A DNA stretch of 61,545 nucleotides, the filler included, from Sphacelaria rigidula (taxonomy: Eukaryota), in NCBI GenBank assembly GCA_964200075.2. It is 8 parts of 8 records of this genome, joined end to end, with 100 filler letters (N's around TTAATTAATTAA, not from the genome) between each part and the next. Parts side by side here need not be neighbours in the genome. Positions count along the whole stretch, not along the records: positions 53,942 to 61,545 come from CAXNAA020014126.1; 7 more parts are not named here. One strand, 5' to 3'. How positions within the stretch are numbered: the first letter of the stretch is position 1; the number at the start of each line of letters is the position of its first letter. A program made the position numbers and the translations under genes. Positions 61,508 through 61,545 of this stretch are shown one piece after another. The notes below the pieces were generated by a model that searched no databases, was not told the DNA's origin, and saw only the letters and a program-made list of their open reading frames with translations.

Positions 61508-61545
61508 AACAGCCGATTTTATATTTTGGGGTTCAAACAAAATAT

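Overview
This window is eukaryotic, repeat-rich genomic DNA, most likely from a brown alga (Phaeophyceae). That assignment is inferred from gene families, short exons and long introns. It is not one locus. Eight unrelated contigs of 7607, 7606, 7606, 7606, 7606, 7605, 7605 and 7604 nt are joined by an artificial N44-TTAATTAATTAA-N44 linker, so adjacency across linkers means nothing. Host-gene fragments: two CBS-domain (CorC/DUF21-type) exons, two exons of an LRR-ROC-COR (ROCO) GTPase, two exons of an unknown basic protein with a possible Tudor-like segment, and three GG[AG]I/FxxN-repeat exons of a Pmp/adhesin-like protein. The rest is mostly decayed transposons: a chromodomain-like Ty3/Gypsy element lacking RT/RNaseH, a Ty1/Copia gag-protease remnant with LTR and PBS, a third LTR element, LINE relics, SINE-like and MITE families, a fold-back array and minisatellites. 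I found no clearly new protein system. The most interesting structures are a frame-preserving exon bracketed by inverted copies of one repeat family, a SINE-like family that shares its 3' tail with a separate retroposon end, and an alternating-orientation fold-back array.
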